From contig LPNZ01011689.1 in NCBI GenBank assembly GCA_001655205.1, positions 6,941-70,940 of the forward strand: a DNA stretch of 64,000 nucleotides. Direction: 5' to 3'. Position numbers and translations under genes: made by a program. Below the pieces are notes generated by a model, which saw only the letters and a program-made list of their open reading frames with translations, was not told the origin of the DNA and searched no databases. This document shows, one piece after another, positions 58,701 to 64,000 of the stretch. This stretch comes from Lenisia limosa. Taxonomy: Eukaryota > Protista > Breviatea. Every line of letters begins with the position of its first letter. Position 1 is the first letter of the stretch.

Positions 58701-61168
58701 TCAAAATCCTGTGTGGCTCCCTGGAGAATGATTCGTGTTGCATGAAGCCTACATCCAAAAGCTTGCTGCTGACAGCAGACTTGCTGTTAATGATCGGCCA
58801 AATTCTACCATCCAGACCTGCCTCAGCAACCAAGTAAATGATATTGACCTTGGGCGGTGAGGAACAGAAGGGTTTCACGGCACATTCACTTCCAACCCAC
58901 AGAGATTTCCTTCTGTCCAATTCTATGAACCCTATCTTCAGCCTGTTGGAGAGTGGTCAAGTTCCACAAAAGTTCCACAATAATAACAGTGGAGGCGGCC
59001 GTTAAATTGAGCCCGGTGCCTCCGGTCATGAGGGACAGTAAAGCAAGGCGGCAAGATGGGTCTTCCTGGAAGCGACTAACCAGGCCTTGGCGTTCCTCAT
59101 GGGGGACTAGCCCGTCAATTCGGATTATGTCCGTCTGCAATGTAATAACAATGCACTTTCAAACCGTATGCTTGATAATAGCTCCATGGAGAATGTCTAA
59201 TACCTCACGATGATGTGCAAATACGATGACTTTTGAATCGCAGTTAGACAGTGTCAATTCAATGAACGCTGCCGCCGCTTTGGCCTTGGCCTTACCGGTT
59301 TCAATGTACCTATCAAACGTGATTACGCATTATTCCTGCCTACAGCTTTCTGAATAAAGCAGCATGGTCGGTAAGCTGTTCCAAAAGACTCTCAGGGCAA
59401 TCAGCGGTGGTCTTCAGGACCTGGAGGAGGTAACGGCCAAACCAGACGCACCGATTTCACTTCGTCCGTCAGATTAACCAGTCGGGCCTCCTCTCTCTTG
59501 CCCAGCTCAAGCGTCACCTAGAGGTCAGTGCTGCAAAGGGCACCTCACTTTTTGTCGTCTTTTGGGCGGGAGTTGAAAGCAAACTTCGGATTTTGTTCGT
59601 CTGATCTACAGTGGTTAATGGGGATTTTGTCTGAATTCTAACCATGATGCGCTTCAACAACTGATGTAAACGATCCAAATTGGAGGCTCCACTAAAGTCC
59701 CATCTGCCAAATTCCTGGGAGAAAATAAGAAATGAAAGGAACGGCACCAGTTTTGGCATACATTCACTGGGTCGCAATACTGGTTCACGTAAGGTGAGAA
59801 GCTACTGAAGATGGACGGCGCAACAGCATGGATCTAGCAACGTTATTCAACAAACCCTTCCTACTTGTGTCCACAGGTCAATTGGTTTACCAAGAGTCGG
59901 AGTACCAGATAGCAAGATCACACGCCTGGAATGTTGCGATGGATTTATTGTTGATATTCACAACCCTATACCCAAGCATTTATGACATACATGATATTCA
60001 CTGGTGTGTATTAAATTTATCACTCGACGTAAACTCTTGTATCGTGACCAACCACTCGACGTAAACTTTTGTATCGTGACCAACCAGCTCAACTTATAAT
60101 CATGTAATGTCATCATATCACGAGAGTATATGGTCAAAATATGCCCTTCCTACTTAGCTGCTTTCAGGATATGCCCTTCCAACTTAGCTGCTTTCAGGAT
60201 ATGCCCTTCCTACTTAGCTGCTTTCAGGATATGCCCTTCCTACTTAGCTGCTTTCAGGATAGGCATAACCGCTTTGGTGCGAAGCGCATAGGCATTTTTA
60301 ATAAAATGGCTCTCATCACAGATTATCATCTACAAGATAATACATGAGTACATGACAATAAAGCTCCTTATTATCACCTCACCTCAGATTATACCGTATC
60401 AATGAAAATAATTACACATTCTGTTCTTGCTCAATTTCACCCTCCTCCAATTGCTAATTGCAAACCTTGAATGATTGATCTAAGAATAGCTGGGCTACCT
60501 ACATCATTATAAGGATCCAAAAAGAAACACCCCTTGACATACTTTTGAAGATTTAGCGATGAGAGTGGAGTAAGCGACGACTACAACCCGTGCCGAGAGA
60601 AGAAGAGATGGGGAAGAAGACGCGCGATATAGAACAACGTCTTCTGCGTCAAGCTGCGGCACCCACTTTTCAAGTTCCTGTCAAGTCACTTGCAACTATC
60701 CTGACATACTGTCATCCACTGTATGGTCAAAGCCGGCGGCGCAATTACCAACATCGGCCAGTCCCCTGTTCGTGTTAGTCTCCAACATAAATCCAGTGCA
60801 GCCAACCCTCGCTCACGCTGATAGTAGAGGCTGATTGCAATTGCTTCAAGAGTCTTGCCAAGTCCTGAGAATGAGATATCATACCATCATCATTATTGTG
60901 AGTCATGCATACCCATTTCATCACAAATCATAAGCCGCCCATTGCTCTGTAGTCCAAATGCAACCTGAAACATAATAAAAAGGTTACACAACTGTGCCTC
61001 AGAGAAATATGACATTTCCAAAATATACCAAAAATCATCCACCTCTTTGCTTACCGCCTCCTTTTGGAACTCCAAAAGAGGAAGATGCTCAATTGGATTA
61101 CTTCCAAATATCATGGCTCGAAGGAAGTAGAATGATGGATGAAGAGATGAAGATTGTCCTTCATACAT
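55743..61168 (-). CDS. ZRANB3: ZRANB3/AH2-type SNF2 annealing helicase with a C-terminal HNH endonuclease
   Basis: LLEFQKEA/VAFGLQSNGRLMICDEMG/LGKTLEAI; WPMLVIAPPAL; MIICDESHFIKN; RVILLSGTP; IRIDGLVPHEERQGLVSRFQ; GLNLTAASTVIIVELLWN..LQQAEDRVHRIGQ; HNH motif WQADHIVPVAKGGGGALLSNMRTLCTVCH. The HNH domain distinguishes it from SMARCAL1. The start codon is uncertain. Confidence 0.9.
57450..57503. repeat. 27-bp tandem duplication spanning a ZRANB3 3' splice site
   Basis: ggtcctatactgttaaggatatttatc x2. Confidence 0.9.
60021..60084. repeat. 32-bp intronic tandem duplication
   Basis: cactcgacgtaaact(c/t)ttgtatcgtgaccaac x2. Confidence 0.9.
60141..60260. repeat. 30-bp tandem repeat x4 spanning a ZRANB3 5' splice site
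   Basis: atgcccttcctacttagctgctttcaggat x4; one copy has a single substitution at 60181. Confidence 0.95.
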
Positions 61169-61496
61169 ATCATGTCATTCGGAATCTAATCTGAGAAATT
61201 CCACCATATATCAGCTGTTTAAAGATATTGTTGAACAAAGTATGACAACAAATAACACTACACCCAATCTGAAAAAATGATCTTCCTTATCCCCAAAAAA
61301 ACCTTTACATTAGTTACACTGGTAATACTTTAAAAACAAATTCTTTTTAACCCTTTTTACCTTTTTAAGCAGTTGTAGTAATTACATTTGTACTCCATTT
61401 TATTACTGTTAACTAGTTTGCTCCCATAGTTATTTTTTTTTTGAACATCCTCCTTCAGTCCATTTCTAAGCCTCTTCTTACTTTGCACACGACACA

Positions 61497-61934
61497 ATGA
61501 GCGAAAAGATGCAACTTAAAGCTGCCGAGCTGGAGATGAAGGCCATGAGTGACATGTTTTCGTGGGTGTTGGGTTGATCTAAGAGAGTAGAGCTGTGAAC
61601 TGGGCTCATTTTTGTATTCTTTATGTTAGAAGATGATTTATGGTACTTGAAAACATGAGTATATTTGCTGTTGCATATTGACAGTGCAGAATGATGAACC
61701 GTTCCTGCTTCGAGAAGTGTGTCAACAAAAAGTTTGAGGACCAGAACTTGCGTGTTAGTGAGCAGTCGTGTATTGACCGCTGTGTGCTCAAATATATGGA
61801 GGTGAGCTTGTCTTGGTTTTGCAAGAGGTTGTAAAGGGGTTTTATCATTCCAAACGCTCCTTTTGCTTTATCCCTATCAGGTTCACAAGATGGTTGGAGA
61901 AATGCTTCAACAAAACAACAAGCAGCAACAGTAA
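61497..61934 (+). CDS. TIM10: Mitochondrial intermembrane-space small Tim chaperone Tim10
   Basis: Three exons give MSEKMQLKAAELEMKAMSDMFSMMNRSCFEKCVNKKFEDQNLRVSEQSCIDRCVLKYMEVHKMVGEMLQQNNKQQQ*: twin CX3C motif with the Tim10-like AELEM..MSDMF and CxDRCV.KY. Confidence 0.88.
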
Positions 61935-62074
61935 TATGGTGAACTGGAATTATGTACTATAGTTTTTTTTTTGAAAAACGTTTGGAGCAAAATTGAGTAA
62001 TATATATTACAATAAACCTCACAAATTACAATAAAAACTAGAAATCTACATTGACATTTTACATAATAAATAAG

Positions 62075-63860
62075 TCACATCACGGTTGGCGGTGTACCAT
62101 CTGAAGCTGTCAGACGATAAGATATTGAATCATTGGAGCTGTATGGCAGGCGTTGAGTACGTACCGTATCACATCCAAGAGAAGCTTTATGATCTTGAAA
62201 GTTGGCCGAAATCAGAAATGACATTGTTCTGCTGCTTGGGTCTTCGGGGCGGACGGGAAGGAGAGTACGTGGACGAGCCAGTTGGTCTGGAGAGTAACAC
62301 AGAGAATTACAGTGACGTACCTTCGTCCTTGCGCTTGCTGCTGCGATGCTTGGCAATGTAAAAGGGGAGGCTCAGAGTACTTTATGGCATGAGCAGCCTG
62401 GAAGCGAGGCTTCCATGACTGCTGGACTTCTTCCCGAACAAACGAGGCTGAAAGTATCAGAAATGAATGAACACACATCAAGCTAATGGATTCAGATGTA
62501 AATCTTGTTTTGATGCGAAAAGAAGCTGCTGAATGCCTACGCGGTGGGGTGTACGACATTTCTCTCAGGCCGGAAGACATAAGAGCTGTCCGTCGCGGGG
62601 GGTTAACAAGATCTCCAACTTGGTTTGGACGCGTTCCTGTTGGGAACTAGGGAGTCAAACAAACCCGCATATCTGGATTCACCACATATGTAAGGTTGTC
62701 TGACCGAAGCCGTCCACAAAATCACACTTATATAAGAGATAAAGTGTCATAGCATAATATAATTCACGCAATCATTTGCCTTACAACTCTGTGCACACAG
62801 CTTTCTGCGTGCCTCCCCAGCTCACCACATAACCAAGTGCGCTTTTTGACCTTCTTTGCGGCAATTCACCCTCAACTTGCATTCGGCGCCCGATATGCGC
62901 TTCTTGTGAAACTGAAATGGTTAACTCCTGTCGTACATACTGTGATACACGTGACTTTCTTGCAGTGAAGTCTAGTTTCAAAAGAGACTTTACTGCAAAA
63001 AAAAAAAAAAAAAAAAGACAACCCAATTATCCTAATTTCTTAACNNNNNNNNNNNNNNNNNNNNNNNNNNNNNNNNNNNNNNNNNNNNNNNNNNNNATAT
63101 CACCAAAATCATATTAACATATTAGCCATCAGCTATTACTATTTTGTGGGGGAAAAAAGTAAAATATGATAAAATCAAGCCACCGCTTGTGTATTAGCTC
63201 CCACCTGGTCTGTCACACAAGCGCTTTTGATTTCTATAAGGAACACTGGCCTGAAGTCGTAAGGAAACGGATAAAACCCGTCCAGAATACCACGTTTTTA
63301 TGGGATTCAACCAATCATATGCCTCACATGAACAAGCTCTATTGCAACAGACTCCCTCCAACATTAACAGGAAAAGGTCCAAGAGAACGGTAGTTCGAAA
63401 ACTCTTCCCTCCGTCCAGTATCCTCATGTCGAAGCAGGTCCTGGACACTTTTTGATACTGCGTTTCTGTTGAACTATAACGCAGTCAGAAATCCGCTTTA
63501 AAACAACTTAAAAGTCGAGGAGAAATATATCCATGCCACAAATTATATGTATGTATGAGCTAACTTTCTGTTGATGGGGAGGTGACGCCGGTCGTCTGCG
63601 ACAGTAGTCAAAGGAGTCCAGGAAGTCTGACGAATTGTCTTCTGATTACAATGAGCCCATTTATGTGTGGCCAGGCAGTTTCATTATTATTTAGCAGGTG
63701 AAAATGGTTTATCCACGTTGTTTCTAATACAAATAGAGTGAATCAAAGGAGGGACAAAAATACCTTTTCGCAGCTTCTTAATCCCCCGAGGCTTGGTCGG
63801 GTGTTCAATTGGGTCAATAAGCTTCTTCCGTGGCCGAATCTCACTAAACAAACGTAACTA
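62075..63860 (-). CDS. Uncharacterised multi-exon gene, probably extending beyond the window
   Basis: Exon-like frames EIRPRKKLIDPIEHPTKPRGIKKLRK, QEAHIGRRMQVEGELPQRRSKSALGY and REEVQQSWKPRFQAAHAI with GT/AG boundaries. No family recognised. Confidence 0.35.
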
Positions 63861-64000
63861 ACGTGAATACTAATATAATACTTGGAAGGAGATTATTTAC
63901 AGACAATACTAACACTAATATAAAAATAATAACAATATCCAGAGATGAGAAATAAAATATGGTAGTATTGGCCGAAGCCGTCCCCATCACGCTTATAAGA

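Noticed and set aside
92-63097. Poly-C/G/T/A runs next to N blocks, and ORFs running through Ns
   Set aside because: These are assembly gaps at homopolymers; ORFs containing X are artefacts.
1-64000. tRNA, rRNA, CRISPR arrays, intact transposase or reverse transcriptase, viral genes
   Set aside because: None recognisable by eye. The tandem repeats lack unique spacers.

Overview
Gene-dense eukaryotic nuclear DNA with many very short introns (mostly about 28-50 nt) and several N gaps. The gene set suggests a non-dikaryan microbial eukaryote with mitochondria, but the taxon cannot be fixed from the sequence. All gene models were spliced by hand and all family calls are from remembered motifs, not database searches. 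Recognisable genes: a Zn(II)2Cys6 transcription factor, MSH5, mucolipin/TRPML, FANCJ/BRIP1, a small ERICH2-like protein, Raptor, a TRAPPC14/Trs65-like subunit, a large two-domain class III nucleotide-cyclase-like membrane protein with degenerate active sites, ZRANB3 (SNF2 + HNH) and Tim10. There is also a weak GPS2-like gene, several orphan genes and a decayed coding region at 4.7-6.8 kb. The most unusual signals are architectural. (1) Most start codons have a splice-acceptor-like sequence just upstream. (2) The 47-bp ERICH2-FANCJ spacer is almost entirely an intron-like unit containing AATAAA. (3) Several tandem duplications copy splice sites or branch regions. (4) A ~96-bp hairpin element occurs twice, and its helically phased triple-TCGA core also sits in putative promoters. 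(5) A MITE-like element carries phased TGATC arrays.
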